From Vulcanimicrobiota bacterium (GTDB lineage: Bacteria > Vulcanimicrobiota > Vulcanimicrobiia > Vulcanimicrobiales > Vulcanimicrobiaceae), in the NCBI GenBank assembly GCA_963714015.1, contig OY970223.1, positions 2,720,001-2,784,000 of the forward strand: a stretch of DNA of 64,000 nucleotides, given 5' to 3'. Shown piece after piece: positions 20,996 to 31,378 of the stretch. The notes under the pieces are model-generated. The model was not told the DNA's origin and did not search any database. It saw only the letters and a list, made by a program, of their open reading frames with translations. Both the position numbers and the translations under genes were made by a program. Position 1 is the stretch's first letter, and each line of letters begins with the position of its first letter.

Positions 20996-22137
20996 GCGAT
21001 CGCTTCTCCTCTTCCGCTGCGCGAGGCAACTGCATGTATCGCCGAAGCAATCTCCCGGGCGGCGTTCGGTTTGCCCAGCGTACGCATCGCCGCGCGCATC
21101 TCCTCCCGCTTTTCGTTCGACGACAGCAGCAACTGCACGCACCGGCTCAAGTCATCGGCGCTCTTGGCGCGCAAAGCCGCGTCCCGCTGCACCAAGTAGC
21201 GCGTATTGCGTTCTTCCTGGCCGGGGAGCGGCTTGAACAAGACCATCGGCAGCCGTGCGGCAAGCGCTTCGGACGAAGTGAGTCCACCAGGTTTAGTCAC
21301 TAGAAGGTCCGCCGCGTGCATGTATTCGTGGACGTTGTCCACGAAGCTCACGACGCGCACCGGATAATGAATCCGCGCCGCATATTCCAGCGCCCGCAGC
21401 TCCGATCGGCGGCCGCGTCCGACAATCGCCACCGCGCACATCGGCTCGCGCACGTCTTCGAGCGACTGCATGATCGTCTGCAGCGGCGCAATCCCTAAAC
21501 CGCCGCCCATAATCAACACGATCCGCCGATCAGGCGGAAGCCCCAGCTGTTCCCGCAGTTTTCGTTTCGGAGCGCCCGGCGCGCCGAAATCCGGATTCAC
21601 GGGGATGCCTGCAAGCACGATCGAGCTTCGTCTTACGCCCCGTTCGGCGAGGACCTCGAGCATCTCCGGCGTTGCGACGGCGTAACCGTCGACGTTCGCG
21701 TGGATCCAAAACGTATGCACGGCGAAATCGGTCACAACGCCGAAAACCGGCGGTGCGTCGGCAAACATCTTTTTGTATTCGGCCATAACGCCGCATGGAA
21801 AAGCGTGCGTGCAGACGACGACGTCGGGCGAGTACTCACGCAGAAACGATCGAATATTTCGGGCGGTGAACTGATGTAACCACGCGCGAAAAGGGCCTAC
21901 TTCCGTTGCGCGCTCCGCCCGGTTATAAAGGAAGCGGTACATCTGCGGAATCGTCTTGACCATCCCCAGGTAGCCGTTCGAGACGACGTGGGACACGACC
22001 GATGCAGCGTATTTGTACGAGTCGACGACGCTGGATTCGAATTCCGTGTCGACTTCGCTCAGAGCTGCCCGCAGCGCGTTAGCAGCCGACGTGTGTCCAA
22101 CGCCGACGTCGGCGCTAAGGAACAGCGCGCGAATTAT
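20992..22137 (-). CDS. MGDG-synthase/UgtP-like diacylglycerol glycosyltransferase (GT28); apparent ATA start
   Basis: SADVGVGHTSAA N-terminal motif in frame upstream of the first GTG; VVTDF, TKPGGLTSSEA, PGQEERN. Confidence 0.85.
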   Translation of the reverse strand: MIRALFLSADVGVGHTSAANALRAALSEVDTEFESSVVDSYKYAASVVSHVVSNGYLGMVKTIPQMYRFLYNRAERATEVGPFRAWLHQFTARNIRSFLREYSPDVVVCTHAFPCGVMAEYKKMFADAPPVFGVVTDFAVHTFWIHANVDGYAVATPEMLEVLAERGVRRSSIVLAGIPVNPDFGAPGAPKRKLREQLGLPPDRRIVLIMGGGLGIAPLQTIMQSLEDVREPMCAVAIVGRGRRSELRALEYAARIHYPVRVVSFVDNVHEYMHAADLLVTKPGGLTSSEALAARLPMVLFKPLPGQEERNTRYLVQRDAALRAKSADDLSRCVQLLLSSNEKREEMRAAMRTLGKPNAAREIASAIHAVASRSGRGEAIA

Positions 22138-22415
22138 TCGGTGCTCCCGTCCCCGCCGGACTCTTCGGCCAGAACGAAGAAGTCGTCGAGGATCTCCTGC
22201 GCCAAGTCGTCGTCTTCGAGCAGCGTGCCCTTGGCGTCCGTGACGACGAATTCGTCTTCTTTCTCGGAGTACAGAACGGCGTAGGCGTTGTTTTCCTCGT
22301 CCTCGACTAATCCGACGACCTCGAATTCGAGCTCCTTTTCGTCGGTCGTTTGAATGACGAGCACGTCCCGCAGTTCGAGCGTTTGCGGCTTTCCGGAGTC
22401 GCCGTTGGCTGACAT
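22134..22415 (-). CDS. DUF1292 family acidic protein
   Basis: ELEFEVVGLVEDEENNAYAVL; synteny with ruvX/mltG. Confidence 0.75.
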   Translation of the reverse strand: MSANGDSGKPQTLELRDVLVIQTTDEKELEFEVVGLVEDEENNAYAVLYSEKEDEFVVTDAKGTLLEDDDLAQEILDDFFVLAEESGGDGSTE

Positions 22416-22424
22416 AAGGGTCTC

Positions 22425-23414
22425 CTACTTCAGATACTTGTCGATGTTCGCTTGCTGCTGTGCCAGAGTGGTTGCGAACGCATGGTGGCCGTTCCCTTTG
22501 TAAACGTAGTACAAATAGTCGGACCGGCGCGGATTGAACGCTGCGAGCAGCGAGGGTTCGCCCGGGTTGGCGATGGGTGTGGGCGGAAGTCCCTGATGCG
22601 TGTAGGTGTTGTACGGCGTGTTCGCCTTGAGGTCGCCGTACGTAATGACGTCGTGGTGCACGGGAAACGCATATTCGATAGAGGCGTCCACTTCGAGCGG
22701 CATGCCGATGCGCAGCCGGTTGTAGTAGACTCCCGCCATCAGCGGACGTTCGTCGTCCGCCTTTGCCTCGCGCTCGATAAGTGAGGCCAGGATTACGACT
22801 TGCGGCACGTTCAGGCCGTGCTCTCTCGCCTTACGCGCGGCATCCTGCGGAAGTTCTTTGAAGAACTGCGCGGTGAGGATCTGCTCCACCGTCTTTGGCG
22901 TTGCGCCGACCGGCATCAAGTAGGTGCTGGGAAAGAGGTAACCCTCGAGGTTACGCGTGCGAACTCCGTCTACCGCGATCGAATCGGTCATGAAGGCGCG
23001 GTAGAACGTCTGCGAGCTGCCCCACCCTTCGCTTTGCAGCCGGGCGGCGATCTGCTTGGCCGTAAATCCTTCTGGAATCGTGAGCCATCGCGCAATTTGC
23101 GCTCCGCCGCTTTGCAGCTGGTATAAAACCTCTGCAGCACTTTGATGCGCGGGAAATTGAAACGCTCCGGCGTGCACGTCCGTGTCCGCATGTCGCGCTT
23201 TGGCATAGAGCCGGAAGAGGGTCGGATTACCTATGACGCCGGCGTCGCCGAGCTGCGCCGCGATGTCGCGAAACGTCGAGCCGCGTGGAACGATAATGCG
23301 CGTGATCTGCCCTGGATGCGACCGATCGATGAAGACCGCGTAGTACAGACCAGCTGCCGCCGCAATCGCCAGAGCGCACACGATCGCCACGCCGCCGATG
23401 ATGCGTCGAATCAC
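22425..23414 (-). CDS. mltG: Endolytic transglycosylase MltG
   Basis: TIPEGFT, LEGYLFPSTY, LASLIERE, GLPPTPIANPG. Confidence 0.95.
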   Translation of the reverse strand: MIRRIIGGVAIVCALAIAAAAGLYYAVFIDRSHPGQITRIIVPRGSTFRDIAAQLGDAGVIGNPTLFRLYAKARHADTDVHAGAFQFPAHQSAAEVLYQLQSGGAQIARWLTIPEGFTAKQIAARLQSEGWGSSQTFYRAFMTDSIAVDGVRTRNLEGYLFPSTYLMPVGATPKTVEQILTAQFFKELPQDAARKAREHGLNVPQVVILASLIEREAKADDERPLMAGVYYNRLRIGMPLEVDASIEYAFPVHHDVITYGDLKANTPYNTYTHQGLPPTPIANPGEPSLLAAFNPRRSDYLYYVYKGNGHHAFATTLAQQQANIDKYLK

Positions 23415-23833
23415 GCGCCCGCCTCATTGCGTCGCTTGGCCAGGTACGTCTCCAAGATCAAAGCGGCCGCCATTTTGTCCACGACTGCCTTACGTTTCGC
23501 GCGGCTGACGTCGGCCGCAATGAGGCTCTTCGTCGCCTGCGCCGTCGTCAGCCGTTCATCCACGCGGGCGATCTTTCCGGAATACACGCGCGAGAGCTGT
23601 TCGGCGAAGCGATCGATCTTCTCCGCGGCCGGACCGCGCTCGCCCGAAAGCGTAACGGGATCTCCAATCGCCAGTTCGGAGATTTCGTGCTCCCGCACCA
23701 GATCGGCGACACGCTCCAAATCAGCGCGAAGATTCGTACGTTCGATAACCGCCAGAGGAAAAGCGAACGACGCGGACGGATCCGCCAGCGCAACGCCGAT
23801 GCGTTTGCTGCCGACGTCCAATGCCATGATCAT
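23411..23833 (-). CDS. ruvX: RuvX/YqgF nuclease
   Basis: ALDVGSKRIGVA, VDERLTT, VDKMAAALIL. Confidence 0.95.
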   Translation of the reverse strand: MIMALDVGSKRIGVALADPSASFAFPLAVIERTNLRADLERVADLVREHEISELAIGDPVTLSGERGPAAEKIDRFAEQLSRVYSGKIARVDERLTTAQATKSLIAADVSRAKRKAVVDKMAAALILETYLAKRRNEAGA

Positions 23834-24589
23834 TTCAGACCGTTTACGAATTCCGCCGCATGGAGTCCCGCCTTGGGGCGGCGTCCCAGGTGATGGCTGA
23901 CCAAGGATTCAACCGCTTGCGCCGCGCGTTTCGTAGCTGCGCGAGCCGGCCTTGCCGGTTCCGCCTTTAGCCGCCGCGAGTGCGCGCAGGTTCGCCATGT
24001 CGTTCTCCGTCAGCAGCAGCATGTCGCGCCATGCCACGCGGCAAGGGGCGCATGCAAACCCGCCTTGCTCCGCATCGAGATACGCATCTCCGCCGACGAT
24101 CGGTTTGCCGCAGTGAATGCACGCTTCCAGCGGCGGTGCAAGCCCGAGCGAATCGAGCAGGCGCAGCGAGAATCGCGGGATCAAGTCGAGCGGCTCTTCA
24201 CTGCGGCCGATGGCGCGCAATGCCGCCGTAAGCAGCGCGTAGACCTCCGGAAGCGGCAGGTCCGGTTCGCAAAATCCGTCGATCAGCTCCATGACGAGGC
24301 CTGCGGCGGCGAACCGATCGGGACGCACGAGCTCCTGCCAGTTGGACGATTCGAGATCGGCCGAGACGATCACGTCCAAATTCCGCCCCCGATGCATGCC
24401 GAGCAGTACTTCGTTCGCAATCTCGAGACGGCCGGATAAATGACTCTTGGTGCGGCGAGCTCCCTTCGCGATTGCGTCCATCTTCCCGCGCTGGGTGCTG
24501 AAAAGAATGACGATTTTGTCCGCCTCACCGAACGGACGAGCGCGCAGCACGACCGCTGAGGTTTTGTACGTCCGCGCCGGCGAGCTCAC
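23830..24589 (-). CDS. recO: DNA repair protein RecO, frameshift ~23945
   Basis: GEADKIV, AKGARRTKS, CxxC..CxxC zinc finger; alternative-frame C-terminus HHLGRRPKA ends in ATGA overlap with ruvX. Confidence 0.9.
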
Positions 24590-24972
24590 AGCCGGAACGA
24601 ATCGGGAAGCAGTTCGCGCAGCGCGGCGCGAACCGGGCCGTTCGGCGTCGTGTAGAAGACGCTCATTCCGGGCGAAAATTCGTTCAGGAACTGCCGGCAC
24701 GCACCGCACGGGGCCGCTGTCGCGCCGTCAGGACCGGCCACTGCGATAGCGCGAAATCTCGTGTGCCCCGCGGAAACCGCGCATACCGCCGCGCTGCGTT
24801 CGGCGCAAACCGAGAGGCCGTAACTGGCGTTCTCCACGTTTGCGCCTTCGAAAACCTCACCATCTTCCGTCAGCAGTGCCGCGCCGACGGCAAAACCTGA
24901 ATACGGCGCGTACGCATTGCGGCGAGCGGCTCGCGCGCGCTCGACGAGCTCTTGCGGCTCGTCAGCGCTCAT
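24586..24972 (-). CDS. cdd: Cytidine deaminase
   Basis: AYAPYSGF, NVENASY, CAERSA, PCGACRQ. Confidence 0.95.
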   Translation of the reverse strand: MSADEPQELVERARAARRNAYAPYSGFAVGAALLTEDGEVFEGANVENASYGLSVCAERSAAVCAVSAGHTRFRAIAVAGPDGATAAPCGACRQFLNEFSPGMSVFYTTPNGPVRAALRELLPDSFRL

Positions 24973-26306
24973 CGTCCTCCTCTTCGTCGCCGTTCTCCCT
25001 CTTGGCGGATCGCCCGTTCATGCTAAAAATGCGCACCGCGAGAATCCGCCGTCCTCGCATGCGCTCGACCTTTAACCGCGTGCGCTCGTCCGCTTCGACT
25101 TCTTCGCCTTCGCTGGGAAGGCGCCCGAATAGTCCGACCGTGTATCCGCCGATCGTTTCGAATTCTTCGTGCGGAAGTTCGGTGCCCAGTTTGGCATTGA
25201 CGTCCTCGATGTTCACTCCGGAATCCACCACCGCTTCATGGTCGTCGACGATCCGCACCGGCTCTTCTTCGCCCTCGTCGTGCTCGTCGCGAATCTCCCC
25301 GACGATCTCTTCGAGCAGATCCTCCATCGTGACCAGTCCAGCCGTTCCGCCGTACTCGTCGACCACGATCGCCATCGAAAACTTGTCGCGCTGCATCTCG
25401 CGCAGCAGCTCGGAGATCTTTTTGTTCTCAGGAACGTGCGTAATCGCGCGCATGAGCGACCGCAGCGGCGTGCTGCTGATCGACCCGTCTGCGAGGGCGA
25501 TGAGCAATTCACGATCGTGCACGACGCCGACGATGTCGTCTTTCGATTCTTCGTATACGGGCAGCTTCGAATAGCCTTCGGCGATGACTGCGTCGAGCGC
25601 GCGGCGCGGCGAGTCGTTAACCGACACGGCGATCATATTGGGCCGCGGCGTCATGACCTCGCGAACGATCGTGTCGCCGAATTCGATGATCGAATGAATC
25701 ATCTCGCGCTCTTGCTCTTCGAGCACCTTCTGCTCGGCGCCGACGTTCACGATGGTGCGAATGTCTTCTTCGGTAATGAAGAGTCTGATGGGCATGCTTG
25801 ATTCCGAAGGGACGCAGCACTAGGTTCGTCAGAAACTGGAACAGGTACACGAGCGGAGTCAAAACCGTCGCAGCGCGCTGCATCGAGGGCGCAAGCCGGA
25901 GCGCCCACCGTTCGGTATCGGAAACGGCAATCGTCTTAGGCAAGATCTCGCCGAAGAGGAGCAGCAGAAACGTCATGACGATGGTCGAGATGACCGCGCC
26001 GTGCGGAACGCCCGCTCGGATGAAGATGTACGTTGCCAGTGAATCGGCGACCAGCAACACGATCGTGTTTCCGATGAGGATCGACGTGAGAAAGCGGTTG
26101 CGATCCTCGGTCAGACGCAGCACGGAGCGGGCGCGCCGGATTCCCTTTTCGAGCATCGCTCGGGCCCGGAGCCGTGAGACGCCGACGAGCGCTGCTTCGG
26201 AGGCGGCAAAGAAGGCCGCCAGTACGAGCAACACCACCAAAGCGGCGATTTCGTACCAGGGGACGATGTGGGCTGCCGGCTGGCTACTTAGCGGTTCCAA
26301 TTGCAA
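24962..26306 (-). CDS. Hemolysin/CNNM (DUF21-CBS-CorC) transporter, frameshift ~25790
   Basis: FFAASEAA, FGEILPK, VREVMTPR, VVDEYGGTAGLVTMEDLLEEIVGEI. Confidence 0.9.
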
Positions 26307-26312
26307 GCGCGA

Positions 26313-27122
26313 TTATAGCACAAGGTGCGGACGCACCAGCACGTAAACGGCTAGGGCCACCAGCGCGCCCAGCACTCCTCCCCAAGCAACCTCGAAGACG
26401 TTGTGAATGCGCGCCTCCACCCGGCTTTGGGCAACCAGAAAAGCCAGGAAAAACGCCAAAACCGCGATGAGCGGGCGCTGAAAAAAGAGCGCCAAGCCGG
26501 TCGACGCGGCGAACGCGAGCGCGGCGTGTCCCGATACTGCGCCTCCTTGAAATGGCGACCCCCGGCCTACCCACGCCTTGGCGAAAAGGGTGACAATTGC
26601 GGCCACGGCGAGGATTATCAGCACGACGTTGGCGGGCACCTGCGCGACGGCAAAGTAAACCCGGGTTCCGCCTTGCTGAATACCTTGGTAGAAGACGAGA
26701 TAGCCGACGACGACCGCGCCGATTGTGGCAACGAGCACGGCTCCGGCGGCGGCATCTTTCGCCGTCTTGGCCAGCGGATGATGCGCGACCGTGAGCAGAT
26801 CGACGACCGCCTCAATCGCCGTATTCACCAGCTCCAAAGAGAGGACGCTGACGATCGCGACGACGACCGCAATGAGATACAGGCGGTCCAAGCGCAGCCA
26901 GAGCGTTGCGAGCAGTACGAATACGGCCGCGACCAGATGCACGCGCATGTTCGGCTGCGTGCGGACGGCGTACATGATGCCCTGAAACGCGTAGTGGAAC
27001 GCGCTCCAGAACTTGCTCTCGGTGATGCGCGTGTACCGCGCGCCCGCCGGTCCTTGCGGAAAGTCGGGGTGCTGGTGCGAACGCGGTTCCGGCTTGGGCT
27101 GGTGCATGCTAGACTCCGGCAA
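26313..27122 (-). CDS. dgkA: Diacylglycerol/undecaprenol kinase fused to a PAP2-like domain
   Basis: ELVNTAIEAVVD, AKDAAAGAV; SGH and SRVEARIH phosphatase motifs. Confidence 0.85.
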   Translation of the reverse strand: MPESSMHQPKPEPRSHQHPDFPQGPAGARYTRITESKFWSAFHYAFQGIMYAVRTQPNMRVHLVAAVFVLLATLWLRLDRLYLIAVVVAIVSVLSLELVNTAIEAVVDLLTVAHHPLAKTAKDAAAGAVLVATIGAVVVGYLVFYQGIQQGGTRVYFAVAQVPANVVLIILAVAAIVTLFAKAWVGRGSPFQGGAVSGHAALAFAASTGLALFFQRPLIAVLAFFLAFLVAQSRVEARIHNVFEVAWGGVLGALVALAVYVLVRPHLVL

Positions 27123-27590
27123 TCAATACGGCCACGGCATGCCGATTGCCGCGGCCAAGCGGCGTTCTTCGGCCTCCATGCGCGCGCGTTCGCCGGCTTC
27201 TTCGTGATCGTGACCCAGCACGTGGAGTATTCCGTGAATGAGCAAGCGGTGAATCTCATTCTCCAACGGCGCGTCATATTCCGCGGCTTGCCGCCGGGCC
27301 GTATCGACGCTGATGACCACATCGCCCAGCAGCCGTTCCGGACAACCCGCGTCGTCCGGGGCAGCAGAGGCCGGCGCAGCGTCTGCGTAAAGCGGAAAGG
27401 AGAGCACGTCGGTGGCTTTGTCCTTGCCGCGGTGATCCAGATTCAGGCGCCGGATGACCGGGTCGTCGACGAGCGTCAGGGAAAGTGCGGCGTCCTGCTC
27501 GCCCGCTGCGTTCAGAAGCTTGCGCGCAATGCGCTTGAGGCGACCCCCTTCGATGCCGCTGCCCTTGGTTTCGTTGCGATAATAGATCAC
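27123..27590 (-). CDS. ybeY: rRNA maturation RNase YbeY
   Basis: TDVLSFP, LGDVVIS, HGILHVLGHDH. Confidence 0.95.
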   Translation of the reverse strand: MIYYRNETKGSGIEGGRLKRIARKLLNAAGEQDAALSLTLVDDPVIRRLNLDHRGKDKATDVLSFPLYADAAPASAAPDDAGCPERLLGDVVISVDTARRQAAEYDAPLENEIHRLLIHGILHVLGHDHEEAGERARMEAEERRLAAAIGMPWPY

Positions 27591-28543
27591 GGAGCGCCGG
27601 TGTTCGCAGCGTATGCGCGAATGATCTTGGCCACCAGCGGGTGGCGCACGACGTCGGTTTCATTCAACTCGACGATTCCGATGTCGTCGATTCCGCCGAA
27701 GCGCCGCGGCGCCTCGAGCAATCCGCTCGCCGCGCCTCCGGGAAGATCGATCTGAGTGACGTCCCCGTTGACGATCATCTTCGATCCGGCGCCCAGCCGG
27801 GTCAAGAACATCTTCAACTGCTCGCGCGTGGCATTCTGCGCTTCGTCCAAAATCACGAACGACTCCGAGAGCGTGCGTCCGCGCATGTATGCGAGCGGAG
27901 CGACTTCGATAACGCCGCGTTCCAAATACCGCGCGACGACGGGGTCGTCCAGCATTTCGCCCAGCGCGTCGTACAACGGGCGCAAATACGGGTCGACCTT
28001 TTCCTTCAGATCGCCCGGAAGAAACCCGAGCTTCTCACCGGCTTCTACCGCAGGCCGGGAAAGAACCAGGCGCGCAACTTCACGCGCGCGCAGCGCGCGG
28101 ACCGCCATGACGACCGCCAAGAACGTTTTTCCGGTGCCGGCAGGTCCGATGCCGAACGTCAGCGTGTTGCGTTCGATCGACTCGACGAAACTGCGCTGGC
28201 CTGCAGTCTTCGGCCGAATCTCGCGCCCGCGGTGCGATCGGTAGAGCGTGTCCGGAAGCGCGGTCTGATGCCGTCCGCGCAGTACGTCGGAAGCAGCGAG
28301 TGCGACGTCGTCCGGAGTGACTTGCGCGCCGCGTACGGCTGCTTCGAGCACACGCCGGACGACCGACAGCGCGCGATCGACTGCCGCATCCTCGCCGTGA
28401 AGCACGAGCCTGTTTCCGTCGACGCGCAGCGAGATCGCGAGCGCGTCTTCGAGCGCCGAGAGATTCTGATCGAATTTTCCGAACAGGCGAAAATGATCGT
28501 CGAGCGGGCTGAGGTCTATGGTTCGTTCGGCGACTGATTCCAG
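27587..28543 (-). CDS. phoH: PhoH family ATPase; apparent CTG start
   Basis: GPAGTGKT, RPAVEAGEKLGFLPG, YMRGRTL, LDEAQN; frame stays open to CTG at 28543. Confidence 0.9.
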   Translation of the reverse strand: MESVAERTIDLSPLDDHFRLFGKFDQNLSALEDALAISLRVDGNRLVLHGEDAAVDRALSVVRRVLEAAVRGAQVTPDDVALAASDVLRGRHQTALPDTLYRSHRGREIRPKTAGQRSFVESIERNTLTFGIGPAGTGKTFLAVVMAVRALRAREVARLVLSRPAVEAGEKLGFLPGDLKEKVDPYLRPLYDALGEMLDDPVVARYLERGVIEVAPLAYMRGRTLSESFVILDEAQNATREQLKMFLTRLGAGSKMIVNGDVTQIDLPGGAASGLLEAPRRFGGIDDIGIVELNETDVVRHPLVAKIIRAYAANTGAP

Positions 28544-28866
28544 CTTCGGCGCTCTCCATTCGGACGTTCGAAGGTTTGGCGAAGGGCCGTCGGCGGACCG
28601 AGAATCTCGGAGGCAACGAGGGCCTTCAGTAAACTGTTCCCATCTTCGAACATCGCCTGCAAAGGCCCGGCCGAAGGATGCGGCGCCGCGGGATGGGTCG
28701 CCGGCTGGATTGGCGGAGCGGAGTCTTGCGGCTTAGGGCGGGTCGCGGTTGCGGCGGCCCGCGGCTGAGGCGGTTGTGCGGCGGCAGGGCCGCGCGCTAC
28801 GGCCTGTTCCCGCTGTTTCTTACGGGCGTAGTCGACCGCTGCGAGCACTCCCTCGAGCCCTTCCAT
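28516..28866 (-). CDS. YqfB-like protein
   Basis: C-terminal LLKALVASEILGPP motif; position after floA. Confidence 0.6.
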   Translation of the reverse strand: MEGLEGVLAAVDYARKKQREQAVARGPAAAQPPQPRAAATATRPKPQDSAPPIQPATHPAAPHPSAGPLQAMFEDGNSLLKALVASEILGPPTALRQTFERPNGERRSWNQSPNEP

Positions 28867-28869
28867 GCT

Positions 28870-29892
28870 TTATTGTTTCGGGGGCGGCGAAGTCGGCAGC
28901 GCAGCTCCGTTCTCGGCAGTCGTCCCCACGCTGGTGGAGATGGCTCCGCGCATCTCGGAGTCTGCCTGGATGTTCTTCATCTTGTAGTAGTCCATCACTC
29001 CGAGATTGCCGCTGCGAAAGGCTTCGGCGATTGCCTGCGGGACCGACGCTTCGGCTTCGACCACTCTGGCGCGCATCGCTTGCGTCTCGGCCTTCTGCTC
29101 CTGCTCGGCTGCGAGCGCGGCGTATTGCCGTTCCGACGCTTTCGCCTGGGCAATGCGCCGGTCGGCTTCGGCTTGCGACATCTGCAACTCCGCACCGATG
29201 TTCTTGCCGACGTCCACGTCGGCGATGTCGATCGACACGATCTCAAACGCGGTACCGGCGTCAAGACCCTTCTGCAGCACCGCTTTGCTGATGCGATCGG
29301 GATACTCGAGGACTTCTTTGTGATCCACGGCCGCGCCCACTGCGGAGACGACGCCTTCGCCTACGCGGGCAACGATCGTCGGTTCGCCCGCGCCGCCGAC
29401 GTAGCGATCCAAGTTGCTGCGCACCGTTATTCGAGCTTTGACGTTGAGCTGGATGCCGTTCTGCGCGACGCCTTGAAAGATTGGCGTTTCGATCACTTTG
29501 GGATTGACCGAGGTCTGCAGCGCTTCCAGAACGTTGCGTCCGGCCAAATCGATTGCTGAGGCGCGCTGCCACTCCAGCGGTATCTGCGCGCGCTGCGCAG
29601 CGATCATGGCGAGCACCACGTTTTCTACGTTTCCGCCGGCCAGGTAGTGCGACTGCATTTGATCGACGGTTAACGAAAGGCCGGCTTTGCGCGAGCGCAC
29701 CAAGTTCGTCACGATGACGCTGGGCGGAATGCCGATGATGCGCATGCGCACGAGCGCGCCGATCGAAAGCGGCACGCCGGCGGCGATCGTCCTGAACCAC
29801 ATGCCCACCGGAATGTAGTACATGAACATGAACATGAGCACGAGGAAGATGACGAAACAGACCGTCGCCAAAGCGGCAAAGTTAGCCGTCAA
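28870..29892 (-). CDS. floA: Flotillin-like protein FloA (YqfA)
   Basis: [42 protein letters not shown]. Confidence 0.95.
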   Translation of the reverse strand: MTANFAALATVCFVIFLVLMFMFMYYIPVGMWFRTIAAGVPLSIGALVRMRIIGIPPSVIVTNLVRSRKAGLSLTVDQMQSHYLAGGNVENVVLAMIAAQRAQIPLEWQRASAIDLAGRNVLEALQTSVNPKVIETPIFQGVAQNGIQLNVKARITVRSNLDRYVGGAGEPTIVARVGEGVVSAVGAAVDHKEVLEYPDRISKAVLQKGLDAGTAFEIVSIDIADVDVGKNIGAELQMSQAEADRRIAQAKASERQYAALAAEQEQKAETQAMRARVVEAEASVPQAIAEAFRSGNLGVMDYYKMKNIQADSEMRGAISTSVGTTAENGAALPTSPPPKQ

Positions 29893-29897
29893 AGCAG

Positions 29898-30560
29898 TTA
29901 CTCCTTATAGCTCGGTAATGCCACCGGTTCTACGAAGACGCGCGCGCCTTCGACGCGCGTAACGCGAACGGGTGTGCCTTCCGGGATGAATTCACCTTGA
30001 GTAAGAACGTCGACGCGGCTTCCGTCGATGAGCGCGACGCCGGCCGGACGCAGATACGAGGCGGCGCTTCCGGTTTTGCCTCTCAGCGCCGTAAGATCTG
30101 CGCTCGTAACGTAGTCCGCGCCCTGTGCTCCCGCGAACGTCAGCTTCGCCATCCATGCGTTTTGCGGAATGGCGCGAGTCGCCGCGTAGAACAACACGAC
30201 CGTCAGAACGATCGCCGTCGCGACCGTTTGCAGTGCGACGAAGAATCCGATCGGTCCGAACGCCAGCAGGACCGAAGCGAGCAGCGCGACGCCGCCCAGA
30301 AGTCCGGGAACGCCGTGTCCCGGAACGATGTGCAATTCGTAGAGGATGCCGACGAGCCCCAACAGCGCGAGGATCACCACGAAGGCGCTTGCGTCGCCGA
30401 TCGCAATATGGGACCCGAAGAAGAGTGCGAGGGCGCCGACGGCGATGGCTCCCGCGATACCGTGCAGCGTCTGCATCTCCAGCAGCAGCCCCAACAAACC
30501 TATCGTCAGCAGTAAGCCGCTGACGAGCGGCGTGGCTAGCAATTGGAGAGTAGTTTCCAT
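29898..30560 (-). CDS. NfeD family protein (membrane + OB domain, no protease domain)
   Basis: TM helices; [18 protein letters not shown]. Confidence 0.9.
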   Translation of the reverse strand: METTLQLLATPLVSGLLLTIGLLGLLLEMQTLHGIAGAIAVGALALFFGSHIAIGDASAFVVILALLGLVGILYELHIVPGHGVPGLLGGVALLASVLLAFGPIGFFVALQTVATAIVLTVVLFYAATRAIPQNAWMAKLTFAGAQGADYVTSADLTALRGKTGSAASYLRPAGVALIDGSRVDVLTQGEFIPEGTPVRVTRVEGARVFVEPVALPSYKE

Positions 30561-30607
30561 GTTCCGAGCTACCGGCTTCCGAGGGAAAGGTTACGTGAAA
30601 AAGCCCG

Positions 30608-31055
30608 CTAGGCTTGCAATTCCTCGCTGACTATCTGCCGTACGAGATTGCCGTCGGCCAGGCCTTTGAGCTGGGCCATCGCAGCCTTCATGACCATGCC
30701 TTGATTCGGCGAGCCGGAGGGCAGTTCGGCAACGATCGCTTTGACGATATCGCGGACCTCGTCCGGCGACTTCTGCGCCGGAAGATAGGCGGTCAGGATA
30801 TCGCGTTCGCGAGTCTCTTTGCCGGCCAGGTCGGCGCGGCCGGCCTTCTCGTATTCGGCCGAAGCGTCGTTTCGCTGCTTGACCTGTTTGCGAACCACGT
30901 CGAGCTCGTCCGAGTCCGTCAGCTCGACGCCGGCTTCCGTGCGCTTATAGGTAAAACCGGAAAGGGCCGACCGCAATGTGTCGACCCGAAGCTTGATCTC
31001 GTGCCTTCATCGCCTCTTTGAGATCCGCGGCGATGCGATCTTTGAGCGCGCCCAC
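30608..31055 (-). CDS. GatB/YqeY domain protein, frameshift ~30990
   Basis: LKDRIAADLKEAMKARD then KQVKQR...AYLPAQ...ADG. Confidence 0.9.
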
Positions 31056-31065
31056 TGCGGCCCGT

Positions 31066-31236
31066 TTAGGCGCGGCGCTTGCGTGCGGCCGCGGACTTCT
31101 TCTTGCGGCGGACGCTCGGTTTTTCGTAGTGTTCGTGCTTGCGCGCCTCGGCCAAGACGCCCGCTTTCTGGGTGGCTTTTTTGAAACGGCGCAACGCGCT
31201 CTCGATAGATTCACCCGGAGCTACGCGTACTTCCAT
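31066..31236 (-). CDS. rpsU: 30S ribosomal protein S21
   Basis: [12 protein letters not shown]...[28 protein letters not shown]. Confidence 0.97.
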   Translation of the reverse strand: MEVRVAPGESIESALRRFKKATQKAGVLAEARKHEHYEKPSVRRKKKSAAARKRRA

Positions 31237-31321
31237 TCGTTTCAACCCTCCCTTCAAAGCGGCGGCCGTTTGGGCACGCCAAAAACTTGGGGCGTTGCCG
31301 CCCCGAGTGCCGACCATAGCA

Positions 31322-31354
31322 CAAAGGGAGCCCCCTCCACAAGGGCTCCCTTTG
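31322..31354. terminator. Inverted repeat/terminator, adjoining the rpsU promoter (TGCTATGGT)
   Basis: CAAAGGGAGCCC...GGGCTCCCTTTG perfect 12-bp stem. Confidence 0.7.
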
Positions 31355-31378
31355 CATGGCGGGACGAAGAAAGTCGAA

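Noticed and set aside
26313..27122. DgkA-PAP2 fusion as a novelty
   Set aside because: This architecture is already known from Firmicutes at the same locus
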